A stretch of DNA of 64,000 bases from Mobula hypostoma (lineage: Eukaryota). The stretch covers positions 45,632,001-45,696,000 of the forward strand of contig NC_086099.1 of the NCBI RefSeq assembly GCF_963921235.1. Reading direction: 5' to 3'. The notes beneath the pieces were generated by a model, which made no database searches, was not told the DNA's origin, and saw only the letters and a list, made by a program, of their open reading frames with translations. Made by a program: the position numbers and the translations under genes. Below, in pieces: positions 10,864-23,820 of this stretch. Positions within the stretch are counted from its first letter, which is position 1. The number at the start of each line of letters is the position of its first letter.

Positions 10864-13711
10864 TGTACCAATGTTACAAATATTTTGCAGTGAAAACAGC
10901 AGTAAAGCATCTTGCCGGAAAAATAGCTTTCATTTTATGCACACGCACAGTTAAAGATGAAAGTCCAGAATACACTATCAATTGACTGGAAATTGTAGTC
11001 TGTCCTTTATTGGTACACTAAATGTGTACAGTCTATTGCACAGATGCCCAATCAGGTATACCAAAAGAAATCTGAAAATTTGCTAAAAACAGATCAAAAG
11101 CAACATAATGGCATGTGGTAGGTGGAATCACATACTAAAACAGGACCTCTATTCCTGACAGGAGATAACAAAAAGCTCCCAGCTGCTGCCTTGGCCATGC
11201 TGATCACTAGGTAGAGCTTGGAGCTCAGCCTCTTAACACATACATACATACATAAGCACTGTGTGTGAGCTGCCACTCCGAGGTTCAGAGACCCAGAAGG
11301 AGGCAACACAACTTTGACCATCAAACAGTACAGCAAAGGAGCAGCCCCTCTAGCACACAATATGGTGCTGAGCTAATTCGTAATCAAGTGCCCAACTAAA
11401 CCAGGGTCTGAAATGACTGAGGCACCCATTCTCCAGGATATTAATCTTAAATGTACCGACAGTTGGCTGATGAGCACCACTGAGGCAGACTTTCATCCAA
11501 CCCAGGTCCAGTCATTGGGCATAAGGTGCATCATGTCAATGTGCATGAATGGTGTCTCTGCCAAGCAAGAAGAGAATCTGAACAGAAGGGTCAAGTGGGG
11601 GAATCATGTCACCAATGGACTTAAGATGTGAATGATCGCGTGCTGCTTCAGGAGTTGGGACTTCATCCCTGTTGTTTGGAATATGTTAGCACTCAATGAG
11701 GATTGGCAAGGGTAAAGAGACCTCCAATCCTGTTGTCTTCATAACAAATCCACTGGCTCTTCTTCCGGCAACTGCTGATGATCCTGAACTTGCCTTTACA
11801 GTATATGGGAAAACAGAACTTTGGATACTGAATGTGTCAAAGAATGTTGATTTTGCCGAAGGCAGATTGTTGTGATCATCTAATATCACGTGGGCCTTTA
11901 GTTTTTGCTCAGCATGTCCTTTCAGGTAGATATTGACAGACATATTTAGAGCAGGAGGCCTTTCCCGCATTCCTTGGTGCACGAGGAAGTGGCTCTATCT
12001 GATGGATACTCAGCCGGCTCCTCACCGTGCACTTCTATGGGTGTGCTGGAACCGGTTGTCGCCCAAGGTGCTGCTCTGAATGAAGTGCTGATACAGCATG
12101 TGCTGTTCACTGCTGTGCTCAGTGCAGTGTATGATAGGTTTACAATCTTTGGCTTGGTGTGCTATGGAAGCACAACATATTGAGTGCTCCTTTAGAAACT
12201 GTCTGCAGTATGCACACAATTTTTCTCTGAATCCTCTGCATTTCCTGAAGGGATGAGGTTTCTTATGGACAGGGTATTTATTATGGTTCATGTAGAATTT
12301 TCTACTTCAGCTTTGCTGACCGTGATAGGGTTTTGGTTGCAGGAGACCTCTTTTTCAATGAGGTATTATTGAAAGTTGAGAGCATATAACTAGGATCATT
12401 TCACATTTCTGTGTGAGGGCATATGACTCCACAAAGAATGAAAATAGTGGATGGAGGGTATGATGCTTTGTTTTATATTTGAACCCTTCGATTATCCACT
12501 GTTCTTGCATGTTGTTCTGTAGTTGTTCTCTATAGGGTTTATTCCTTTTGCTGTATCCGAGAAGCTCTCCTAGTAGGTAACCCTTGCTTTTTGTGGCTTG
12601 CAGTTCCAACATCAGATCTGCAAGCTCCTGTAACTTCTGCGGTTCCTTGTGTGAGAACTTCAGAAAATTACAAATCTACTGAAGAGGGATTCTTCAATTG
12701 CCTTTGGAGAGCGTAGCATTTGCTTAACCTCTTTCACAGCATCTGCCAAACCTCTGTCACAGCATCTGCAAATTCATAGCTGGACTATTACTGCTCTAAC
12801 CCTTCTTACATGTTGCAGTGATTCCCTATCAAGTCACTCACAGAGAAGGTCTAGCTCTTCACAGGGTTTGAGACACAGTTCTTCCATGGTATTATGAAAG
12901 CTTTAGTTCCTGTTGAGCCTAGGTATTGATGAGCCAGATACCAACCCAAATCTAATGCACCTACAGCTTCTGAATGAGAGCACTGCAGAGACTGGTTTGC
13001 CAAATGTATGTCCTGGGATGGATGGATGGAAGTTCATTCTGTCCTTGTCTCTGCAGATGGGATTGTCATCAGCAGCATTATTTGACTAAGGTCTTTGCTG
13101 TGGTCGAATGGGGAGTTGTGGGTCTCTGCTGCTCTGGACCTTGACTGTCAATACCTGTGCTATGTGAGTGACATGCTGGCTGAGTAGTGCAGACGTCTCC
13201 GTGGAGAGCTGGAATACTGTCTGTTTTATAGCCAAAATGTGTTTGGATATATTCTTCAGTAAGATGCATTGGTTGTTGTGACAGCAAGGCATGACTGGTT
13301 CTGGTAATAGACTCACAGATGTCTAAATCAGATGCTGCTTCATACACCTCTGCCCATGCTGAGGCAGCCTCAGCTTCACGCTTTTCCTTGAGCACACTTA
13401 ATTTAGACTGTACATGTGCTCACTCCATATCCACACATAATTTCTCCATTTGTATCACAACTTCACACTTAGCATAAGCCGTTCTCATTCTTATCGCTTC
13501 AGCTCTGGTGAGGGGGTTGCGATGCAGCTATGCTAGTTGTAGCTTTGTTCAATCATTGCAAAGGCATCGATACTGAGCCACACTCTGACCTGATTTCCAG
13601 GTGTTTGTGATCGATGTCGCTCTGGACAAATGCTAACATTGTCATCAGCGGCATTTAAACACGTCTCCAATCAGCAGGCGAAGTCTTTGAAGATGAATCA
13701 TCCTTTCACTC
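10864..13711 (-). mobile_element. Degenerate BEL/Pao LTR retrotransposon: gag and protease, most of pol deleted, probable 3' LTR at about 10864-11260
   Basis: Gag coiled coil (EKREAEAASAWAEVYEAA, 13078-13395), BEL-type Cys/His knuckles (PVHKKPHPFRKC...CCASIAHQAKDC, 12022-12291) and an aspartic-protease-like segment (KAHVILDDHNN...GRRASGF...LPILIEC, 11686-11982). A pol-end-like peptide at about 11300-11360 is followed by a segment containing AATAAA and ending GGTACA. The LTR boundaries are approximate. Confidence 0.8.
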
Positions 13712-13729
13712 TAGAAACGTCATCTCTTA

Positions 13730-14531
13730 CCTCTTTCAATATATAGAGGTATATCTAATCAGGATTTGGTGAGTTATCCATCTTAATGTTCTTTAACAGA
13801 CCCAGCACTACTTTCTTCTTCATCTTCAAATGCCCCAGCAAATTAGCACCCTCCACAGTGATCTCTTTATTCTCATGTTCTTCTCCTTGGGAAATACAAA
13901 CACCAAGTACTCATTTAGGACCTCATCCACATCTTCTACTGCCAAGCACTTGTTCCCTCCTTTATCCTTGGAGGTCCTACCTCCTCCTTAGTTATCCTCT
14001 TCCTCCTGATGTATGTATAAAATGCCTTTGGATGCTCTTTAATTTTACTTGCCAATAATTTTTCATGCCCCATACAGGCTTTCTTGAGTTCTTTTCTGGT
14101 GTCTTTAAAGGGATCTGTTTTATTTTAGTTTCCTAAACCTTATATATATTTAAGTTCCCTTCTTGACTAAATTCTTCTCCTCTCTTGACCTTCAAGGTTC
14201 TCTTACCCTGGATATTTTCCTTCCTTCTTACCTGCCCTGTATTCTGTGCAATTGGCTGTACGGCTGTTCCCAATAAAGTCTCTATTGTTCCTACACTATT
14301 TTCTCATAATTTCCCCTGTTCCAGTTTAATACTTTCCTATAAGGTTCACACTTAAACTTATCTAGCTAGACTCATTACTGAAAACCAGGTCCAGTATGGC
14401 CACTTCTCTAGGACTGTACATATTGTTTGAAGAAACCCTCTTGGGTGCACATAACAAATTCTGCCGTCTAAACCTCTTGCACTGCAGAGGTCCCAGTCTA
14501 TGCTAGGGAAGTTGAAGTCACCCACTACAAC
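13730..14531 (-). mobile_element. CR1 LINE internal fragment (APE endonuclease end and linker)
   Basis: Minus-strand VVVGDFNFPSIDW at about 14490-14531, followed by degenerate ORF2. Confidence 0.7.
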
Positions 14532-15189
14532 GTGTAAGTTGTAGTGGGTGACTTAAACTGATGTTGAATTACAACTTAAGTTGAACAATTTGCCACTTAT
14601 CCTCTAAATCAGCTCCGCACATAAGGAATTTCATGGGGAACAGTTGCATTATTGATGACAGAAAGTAAATGAATGAACTGTGTGACACTGGTTTACACCA
14701 AGACTGAATCTATTATGGACCCACTGGTTAAGATTGCAGCTTGCATGCTATCATTAAACAATGGCTAACGTACAAGAACAGCCATTGTTTTGTTGAATTG
14801 GTGCAACAGGGGCTGAATGACCAACTCTTGCTGTTATCGATTATGTGCTGATGTTCAATAGTTCCTCCAGATGAATAGAATCAACATTACATTTGAGGAG
14901 GGCTCTTTTAAAAAGTGGGAGCACTCCTCTCAGAGCTCCATCATGGAAGGAACTACCAGATTGTTAGGAGAAACAATTCAAGTTAATTATGATGCTTTAC
15001 TGATTCTTGTCAGCTCAAAATGGAGGAGTATTCAGGATAGCAGAGAGAGGGAGCAAGTTCTTTGTTCTTTGCTGTCTTTCTTTGTACATTCTTACTTACA
15101 ACAGGCTGGTTACTGTTAATTCTTTGTTTTGAACATTTGATAAAACAGCTCTAACCACAAGAGTTACATCTCATTTTTGACTTCAAAAT

Positions 15190-15720
15190 ATTATCTCCAG
15201 ATCCAACACCATATTGAGCTGTATAACACTCGGACTATTATGTGCAATTTGGCTGCCCAATTACAGGAAAGAGGTTTTAGAAGTGGCACAGAAGAAATTT
15301 ACCCAGAAGCTGTCTGGATTAGAGAATGAGTTATAAAGAGAGGTTGAGCAAACTTTTCTTTGGAGTATTGGAGTTTAAAGGGATATCTTGTAGACATTTA
15401 TAAAACTATGAGAAGCATACAAAGGGTGGACAGTCAGAATCTTTTTCCAAGGGCAGAAATGTCAAATACTGAAGGGTATACATTGGCGTGAGGGCGTAAA
15501 TTTGAACGAGCAGGGCAAGTTATTCTTACACACAGGGTAAAGTGAATGGGCTGACATGGATATTAGTGGAAGCAGATTGTGGCATCTAATAGACACATGA
15601 CTATGCAAGGACTGGGGGGATATGGGTCATGCACTGACAGAAGAGATTTAGTTTGATTTATCATTGAGTTTGGCACAAATTTTGTGGGCTGAAGGGCCTG
15701 TTTCTGTGCTCTACGTGTTT
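15190..15720 (+). mobile_element. CR1 LINE 3' end
   Basis: RT C-terminal remnants and tail GGGCTGAAGGGCCTGTTTCTGTGCTCTA. Confidence 0.75.
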
Positions 15721-16119
15721 TTCTTTATCTTCTATGTATGTTATTCCATGGTAGTCACGGAAATGCATAATGACATACATTAAGAATGCTGGAGGGAGGG
15801 TTTGGTGAACTTCTGGGTGTTTTGATTTGATGAATCACACAATGATTCAGTCCTATACCACATACGGCTTGAAGGGACTACAAGATGTGGGGTGACCACT
15901 GAGGCAGAGTCCACAACACAAACAAGAGAAAATATGCAGATCCTGGGAATCCAAGCAACACACACACACAAAATGCTAGAGGAACATATAGCTCCAAGAC
16001 AAATTGTATAAAATGGCTGTTTCCAGTAATGGAGCAACCCATCACAAGGCATCAGTCACCCTAAGTACTAACCGTGTCCAGTGCTGTGTGCCAAACACCA
16101 CTGTCACATTGGATATTGC

Positions 16120-16570
16120 AGCAGAATGCCTTTTTGAAACTTAATGACAATTATTGGTTCTAACCAAAAGGAAGGAAGCGGCACACCGTTTATGACATCA
16201 CTAGCTGCATAACTGATGTCTGGAAAGCAGCAAATGTAAGGTGCATCATGTGTCTAATATTTCCGGCCAATATTTCCTTACTGTGACCTCACCCAGAAAT
16301 GATAGCAATTGTAATAAAATTGCTTATTAGAAACAGACAGTAATTGATCCAATTTTCAGGATCCTAAATCTTCGAGTAAATGTACGAAATCAGTGATGAG
16401 ATGCTGATCTAGCTGACAGATTTTAATGGAAAATGTTGTTAAGCAATTATACTTTGTTGCATTGTAAGTTAATTGTAATATGAATTGTTACCAAGATTAC
16501 AAAGAACAACATACCATGCGCGACAGCAATCTATTTCATTTGGTACGCCAACATTTCCTCCGCCATCAGC
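16120..16570. promoter_or_regulatory. Candidate conserved non-coding element (enhancer)
   Basis: Complex non-repeat sequence with retained CpGs and clustered motifs: TTTATGAC (Hox/Cdx), CCGGCCAAT (NF-Y), TAATTG (homeobox), TGACAG (Meis). Conservation was not tested. Confidence 0.45.
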
Positions 16571-16599
16571 ACACACTGTTTGCAGCTTTTTTTACAAAT

Positions 16600-16925
16600 G
16601 AGCTGCAAAGTAAGCCTACTCACTCAACAGTACACATCACATCACAGCAACACATCAACACGTCACCAATCCACAACTTCTTCACAACTATGGACAAAGA
16701 CAGCACAGGCATATGAACACCTGAAAATTTATTTTCAAATCATAGACCGGTTTGACTTGGAAATTTATTAATGTTACTTCATTGTCAAAGGCTCTAAATC
16801 CATGAAGTCCCTTCCTAATGCACAATGTAAGTACCAGCACCAGGAGAAATGCAGCTGTTCAAAGTGGTACCACACCATCACTTTCTCAAGGCAAATTTGG
16901 GATGGGCAATAAATACTGGCCGCCT
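16600..16925 (+). mobile_element. Ancient LINE 3' end (CR1/L2-like)
   Basis: Tail TTCTCAAGGCAAATTTGGGATGGGCAATAAATACTGGCC. Related remnants at about 6830-6930 and 46790-47110. Confidence 0.5.
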
Positions 16926-18869
16926 TCTCTCAACAAGGTTAAAATTACAAGGTTCTGCCTCCGATCTACACATATTAAAAGTTGCATTTCACTCCATAGT
17001 GACTCAATCACCGATATAAAGTAGAAATACTTTTACTATATCTTTTTAAAAACTGAAGTGAAAAGAAATATCCCATTGCCTCATCAGGTCTATTTCATTG
17101 TTACTCACTTGCACCATTGTGTGCATCCATAAAAAAAAACAGCTAAAATACTCTTTAAAGGTGCAGTTCAATTTTTAAAAATGTAACTTTCAAATCAATC
17201 TTCTGTTGGACAAATACAGATTTTTCAAATGCTTTATTTGCTAAATTAATAGTACCATACAAAAGGAAGCTGCTATTACTGTAGGTGTATCAATCAGTCC
17301 TAGAAAAACTTAAAAGTCAAGCTTAATCTCACATACACAACTACAGGTATGTACAAGTCCAAGGAAAAACTTACATGAAGTGGTTTCACAGATACATAGC
17401 ATCAGATACAGAACATTCATAAGAAAAATTAAACATAAATGCTACTAGGTTATTTCTATTTTTCCTGCTTTCAGATAGAAACTATGCTCAACCTGACATC
17501 TACTACATGTGTTTTGCAGACTGTATGCTTGGGAAGCTGATTCGAACATGGCATAAAATTAAAATTTAAAGAAAAACTACAGATCTGGATATCTGAAATA
17601 AAAGCAGAAAATGTGGAGACATTCCACAGGTCGTGCAGCATCTGAGGAATCAGAAACAGTGAACATTTCAAGTCTGGGTAACTTCACTGTAAAAGGCAAA
17701 GATAGAAAACAAGTTAGTTGAGGAAGTAGAAAAGGAATAGTTGGGAATGTGTACAACAAGGCAACACATCTTCAGTGGTGTGAGCCCAGATGACCTAATG
17801 TGACAGTTATGATCTGGTAAAGCTTCTTTAACCTTGGACTGTGTTGCCAGTGGTAATGGTGTGGGACGTTCCCAGCCACTCTATACAGACATGGCTAGAT
17901 GGAAAAGGTGATTTTTTTTTCCCCCTTCAAATAACATTAGTTTGTTAGTTAATCTTTTTTTTTTTGCTTTCAGAGGAAGCAAACTCACTTGTAATTCCAA
18001 AATTTCCAAAGAGAGAAAGGACAAATTTGTAGAAACTTGCCTGGAACAGTACCGCAAACTGGCTAGCTTTTGCTTCATCTGTCTGTTTTGGACTTGATCA
18101 GATATACATCTCTGCTGAAGTCAACAAAACTGAAAACTGGTAGAGGTGTATAATCGATGAATAGGTTGGTTATTGACAATAACTATGCATGAGCGTGCAA
18201 GATACATTTCCATCTGATAGGTTTTACGAGTACATAGGATTCATTTCTAAATTTGAATCTAAAGTATTTTGACCCTCCAGAATAGGGGTGAATTGGCATG
18301 ATATGAAATTTGACAATGTCCCTCTGACACAGTTATGCAAATTACTTCATGAGTTAGATTCCCATGAACACCAGCTCCACTTTAAATTCCACAATAACTG
18401 GTGATTGCTATTTCCTCCAGAGGAAAGTAGCAAATTAATCTCTTGGCCCTGATTTTATTTTTCTCAAGAGGTTCAAACCACTCGCAATAACAAATTCCTC
18501 CCATTTTGTTACATACACAAAGTCCTTAATTCTTATTTTGCAGAAGTGGAGAACAATTTCTCTGCTTCTACTGAAAATTTACTTCATGTTTCCTAACTCA
18601 ACTGTCAGCCCAATGCCATCATAACTCTGCAAATGCAATAATCTTGAACTGATTTAACGTGAAACAAAGAAGTTTTTCTCTCATAACAATCACAGCATTT
18701 TAAAGTAATTTCAGTTAAGGTCTGTTGCTGACATGATAAGGCAACACGTGATTCATGTTCTTTTTCTGTTGTTTTATTTACTTTAAATAATGACCACAAT
18801 ATACAACAGAGTGACTCAATGCCAACAGCAGAGGTCAGTGTTTATGAATGAATAGTAGCTCTCAAAATA

Positions 18870-19330
18870 GAATGGGGAGTTCACAAGTTTGTGGGAAAAC
18901 GAGCTGTGAAGAGGACACAAAGTATTGAAAGAGAGACTAAATGGATCAGTGAGTAACAAGCAGATGACAGGTGGATTGAATTGTAAGAAAATGTGAAATT
19001 TTCACATTGGTAGTAATAATAGAAAAACAAAATCCTTTTTTAAATAGGGTGAAACTCATCTGCATTGGGATATAAAGGGAATTTGACAGTTGGCTCACAT
19101 GACAGAGAAAGTAATCATGCAGCTACAATAGGCATTTGTGAAAGTATGTGGCATACTGGCCTTTACCATTAATGGACTGGAACACAAAAGTAAAGACATG
19201 CTGCTACCATGGGCATAGAGAACTTTGGTCAGGCGTAATTTGGAGTACTCTGTACCTAAATGTTATACTTAACCTGGAGTCTGAACAGTGTGAATTGTCT
19301 GGATCAAGACATTTGTCCCACTGGAGGACT
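18870..19330 (+). mobile_element. Old CR1 RT fragment
   Basis: Degenerate similarity to the CR1 RT C-terminus at 50050-50600. Confidence 0.6.
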
Positions 19331-19509
19331 GCATTCACTGGAGATTAAACACATCAGCTGAGGCATCATCAAGGCAAGCAAAGTTTTACAGTGTTAAAGG
19401 CAAAGAAAACTGCAGATGTTGGAGACCAAAACAAAAACAGGATGCTAGAAGACCTGAGTGGATCTGTGGATGCCAAATGTGTATGCTGGAGTGGAAACTA
19501 CAGAGGATG

Positions 19510-20263
19510 AAGAGAGAGAGGGAGGGGAGAGAGAGGGAGGGGAGAGAGGGAGAGAGAGGGGAGAGAAAGGGGAGAGAGGGGAGAGAAAGGGGAGNNNNNN
19601 NNNNNNNNNNNNNNNNNNNNNNNNNNNNNNNNNNNNNNNNNNNNNNNNNNNNNNNNNNNNNNNNNNNNNNNNNNNNNNNNNNNNNNNNNNNNNNNNNNNN
19701 NNNNNNNNNNNNNNNNNNNNNNNGAGAGAGGNNNNNNNNNNNNNNNNNNNNNNNNNNNNNNNNNNNNNNNNNNNNNNNNNNNNNNNNNNNNNNNNNNNNN
19801 NNNNNNNNNNNNNNNNNNNNNNNNNNNNNNNNNNNNNNNNNNNNNNNNNNNNNNNNNNNNNNNNNNNNNNNNNNNNNNNNNNNNNNNNNNNNNNNNNNNN
19901 NNNNNNNNNNNNNNNNNNNNNNNNNNNNNNNNNNNNNNNNNNNNNNNNNNNNNNNNNNNNNNNNNNNNNNNNNNNNNNNNNNNNNNNNNNNNNNNNNNNN
20001 NNNNNNNNNNNNNNNNNNNNNNNNNNNNNNNNNNNNNNNNNNNNNNNNNNNNNNNNNNNNNNNNNNNNNNNNNNNNNNNNNNNNNNNNNNNNNNNNNNNN
20101 NNNNNNNNNNNNNNNNNNNNNNNNNNNNNNNNNNNNNNNNNNNNNNNNNNNNNNNNNNNNNNNNNNNNNNNNNNNNNNNNNNNNNNNNNNNNNNNNNNNN
20201 NNNNNNNNNNNNNNNNNNNNNNNNNNNNNNNNNNNNNNNNNNNNNNNNNNNNNNNNNNNNNNN
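19510..20263. repeat. GA-rich microsatellite running into assembly gaps (N at 19595-19723 and 19732-20263)
   Basis: Direct sequence: GGGAGAGA-like repeats flanking the N runs. Confidence 0.95.
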
Positions 20264-20442
20264 TGGTAAATAGTCAAAGAATAATTCAAAGTGGGTATAT
20301 CTTGAAAGGAATTCTCAGTAGAGTGGAGCATGAGGACAAAAGTCCTGCTGGATCTGGAACAAAAACAGAATACTGGAGGGTCTCAGAGGTCAAGCAGCAT
20401 CTGTGGAGGCATTTATTACTTAACCTGCTGAGTTCTTACAGC

Positions 20443-20583
20443 TGAGATAGTCCTAATGAAGGGCTTCAGCCTGAAGCATTGACTGTTAATTCCTGTCCAC
20501 AGATGTTGCCTGACTTGCTGAGTTCCTCCAGCCTTTTCTGTATGTTGCTCAAGATTTCCAGCATCTGCAGACTCTTGTGTTTA
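20443..20583 (+). mobile_element. 141-bp Penelope pseudo-LTR fragment (degenerate hammerhead plus 3' hairpin), inserted in an older inverted pseudo-LTR copy
   Basis: 14-bp TSD TGAGTTCTTACAGC at 20429-20442 and 20584-20597. Confidence 0.8.
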
Positions 20584-20833
20584 TGAGTTCTTACAGCATT
20601 GTGTTTATTTGTTTTAAGAATTTTGACTTGGTAGAGGCTCTTCCCTCTAACTGGAGGTTAGAAAGGAAAGAGTATTGTCTCAAAATGTGGGATCAATCAT
20701 TCCATTTCGGAGTGCATTGTACTTCCTAGGGCTCTATCACTGAGAGTTTTCAAAGATGACATCAATGAAATGGTGTGCACAAAAGGAATCATAGGATGTG
20801 GGAAGGACAACAAAACAACTTGAAATATAGCAA

Positions 20834-21490
20834 ACAACAGGAATACTGCAGATGCTGGAAATTCAAGCAACACACATCAAAGTTGCTGGTGAACGCAGCA
20901 GGCCAGGCAGCACCTATAGGAAGAGGTACAGTCGACGTTTCAGGCTGAGACCCTTCGTCAGGACTAACTGAAGGAAGAGCTAGTAAGAGATTTGAAAGTG
21001 GGAGGGGGAGGGGGAGATCCAAAATGATAGGAGAAGACAGGAGGGGGAGGGATGGAGCCAAGAGCTGGACAGGTGATTGGCAAAAGGGATATGAGAGGAT
21101 CATGGGACAGGAGGTCCAGGGAGAAAGACAAAGCGGGGGGGAACCAGAGGATGGGCGAGGGGTATAGTCAGAGGGACAGAGGGAGAAAAAGGAGAGTGAG
21201 AGAAAGAATGTGTGTATAAAAATAAATAACGGATGGGGTACGAGGGGGAGGTGGGGCATTAGCGGAAGTTAGAGAAGTCAATGTTCATGCCATCAGGTTG
21301 GAGGCTACCCAACCTTCTTATCCCCTTTGCCAATCACTTGTCCAGCTCTTGGCTCCATCCCTCCCCCTCCTATCTTCTCCTATCATTTTAGATCTCCCCC
21401 TCCCCCTCCCACTTTCAAATCTCTTACTAACTCTTCCTTCAGTTAGTCTTGATGAAGGGTCTCGGCCTGAAACGTTGACTGTACCTCTTC
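20834..21490. mobile_element. Two-armed inverted Penelope insertion (minus arm 20834-21311, plus arm about 21313-21490)
   Basis: 15-bp TSD CTTGAAATATAGCAA at 20819-20833 and 21491-21505. The arms are reverse-complementary pseudo-LTR sequence, and the minus arm includes the GIY-YIG ORF end. Confidence 0.9.
20929..20966 (-). ncRNA. Minimal type-I hammerhead ribozyme (intact core)
   Basis: UAGUC-CUGACGA-AGG(7-nt loop)CCU-GAAAC-GUC/GACUG. Confidence 0.8.
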
Positions 21491-21659
21491 CTTGAAATAT
21501 AGCAAGCCATATATATCAGTAAGACCATCCTGCCTTAGTGATTCTGTCACAAATTCAAATATTCATGCAAATCAAAATAAAAGGCACAATTGAGAAAATC
21601 CAAGGAGTTATTAAAATACAAAGAAAAAGAACTAAGCAACAATGGAGCACTGGAGGCAA

Positions 21660-22290
21660 AAAAATTCAGCATGACCCTCACCAATTTTTATAGATGCATT
21701 ATAGACCGCATTCTATCCAGATATATTACAGCTTGGTAAGACAAGTGCTCTGCCCAGGTCTGAAAAAAGTTATAGAAAGTTGAGAACACAACCCAGTCTA
21801 TCACAGAAATCAGTCTCCCTTCCACAACTCTGTCTACACTTTGCATTGCCTTGGGAGAGCAGCCAACGTAATCAAAGACTCCTCCCATCCTAGTTATTTT
21901 CTCTTTATCCCCATGCATTAGGCAGAAGAAACAAAAGATTGAAAACAAGCGCCACCTTGCTCAAAACAGATTCTAACACACTGCTACATACATCAAAGTT
22001 GCTGGTGAACGCAGCAGGCCAAGCAGCATCTATAGGAAGAGGCGCAGTCGACGTTTCAGGCCGAGACCCTTCGTCAGGACTAACTGAAGGAAGAGTGAGT
22101 AAGGGATTCTAACACACTGCTATAAGACTCTTGATCAGACCTCATATATGATAAGAACCTCACAATCTACTCCATAAAAGCTGTTGCACTTTATTTGTCT
22201 ACCTGCAGTGCATTTTCCTGTGTATGTGTAATATCATATTCTACATTATGTTATTGTGTTTCCCTTTGTACTACTTCAATGTATTTATTT
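21660..22290 (+). mobile_element. Rex1/Babar-type LINE 3' end, interrupted by a Penelope fragment
   Basis: Same family as 32100-32920 (ACCCTCACCAATTTTTATAGATGCATTATAGA...). Confidence 0.7.
21987..22104 (-). mobile_element. 118-bp Penelope pseudo-LTR fragment with an intact hammerhead (22045-22082)
   Basis: 18-bp duplication GATTCTAACACACTGCTA at 21969-21986 and 22105-22122. Confidence 0.9.
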
Positions 22291-22324
22291 CAGAATCAAA
22301 ATCAGATTTATTGTTACTGACTGA

Positions 22325-22847
22325 CACTCTGTGGCCACTTTATTAGGTACAGGCGTGAAACCCCGTGTGGTTTTCTGTTGCTGTCATCCATCCACTTCAG
22401 CATTTGATGTGTTGTGTGTTCAGAGATGCTCTTCTGCACACCACTGTTGCAACACGTGGTTAGTTGAGTCACCGCTGTCTTTTCGGTCAGCTTGAACCAG
22501 TCTAGCCATTTGCCTCTGACCTCTCTTATTAACAAGCTGTTTTCACCCATAGAACTGGGGCTTCCTGGATGTTTTAGCTTATTGCACCATTGTCCGTAAA
22601 CTCTAGAGACCGTGTATGTGAAAATCCCAGGAGATCAGCAGTTTCTGAGATACTCAAACCACCCATCTGGCACCAACAATTATTCTGTGGTCAAAGTCAC
22701 TTCCCCATTCGGATGCTTGGTCTGAACAGAAACTGAACCTCTTGACTGTGTCTGTATGCTTTTATGCACTGAGTTGCTGCCACGTGATTGGCTGATTGGA
22801 TACTTGCATTACCAAAAAGGTGTACCTTGTAAAGTAGCCACTGAGTG
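22325..22847 (-). mobile_element. Non-autonomous Tc1/mariner element, same family as 6225-6777
   Basis: Terminal inverted repeats (TIRs) CACTCTGTGGCCACTTTATTAGG and AAAGTAGCCACTGAGTG. The body is the reverse complement of 6225-6710. Confidence 0.8.
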
Positions 22848-23820
22848 CATGTTGTGAAATCTGTTATTTTGTGGCAGCAATACAGTGCAAGATATAAAAC
22901 GTTACTATGTTACAATTAAAGTAAATAAATTAATAGTTCAAAAAAGGAATAGTAATTTAGTATTCATGAGATCATAAACCGTATCTTGGTACATGTGACA
23001 ATAACAAACTAATTTCAAGGCACTTTGTTCAAAATGATTTATTGCATTGTGTCACATTTCGGGGTTCAGAGTTTCCTTCCAAAAAGTGCACAGTGAACAG
23101 AAATTTGCAGGAGTGTTTAGATGCTTTACAGCGTTGCAGTGATATTTGAGCAGTCTTTGAAATACATTCAGCTGTTCTATAGAGTTTCAAGCAAACAGGC
23201 CATTTGTCCACAATGTCTTGTTCACAATGCAGGAAACATCTAGCACCTCAACAGCCTCATTTAATAATCTTAAGAGGCATTTGAAGAACACAAGTATCAC
23301 AATGAATGAAGGCATCAGAAACAGAAGCTATCAGCACAGAAAACGTACCAGAGTCGTCAGCTATACTTTAAAGGTGAGGAATCACCAAGCAGATTCACAG
23401 AATGGGTTTACTAGTATTCTTGTGCATCACTGAAAGGCTTTTGTTAGATTGTAAAGACAGTATGCAATGGTCACCAATCTGAAGAAATAGTGACACATGC
23501 TTCTCAAATTCAGCTGTCAATGGACGTTCATCTCAACCCCATATTTGCTCCATTATGGTGTGTAAGCCATGATATGTGCATGTTGTACAGCAATACCTTC
23601 ACTTGTAAAGACCAGTGTCATCACTACCTTAAGAGTTTTTCCAGTCTTTCTTCCACAATCTTATATCTTATCTCCACCAAAGTTCATATAGTAGTTGAGC
23701 AAATTTTCAGAATTAATGGGAAACTGTCCATGTGTCCATAGCACAGAATCAAGGTAACTTCAGCTTCAAGATTCAAGCCACAGTACGCAAATGAAACTTG
23801 TGTTTGGGTATGGTCAGAAG

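Noticed and set aside
19458-20445. Long ORFs of 271-322 aa
   Set aside because: They are open only because they run through N gaps and a GA microsatellite.
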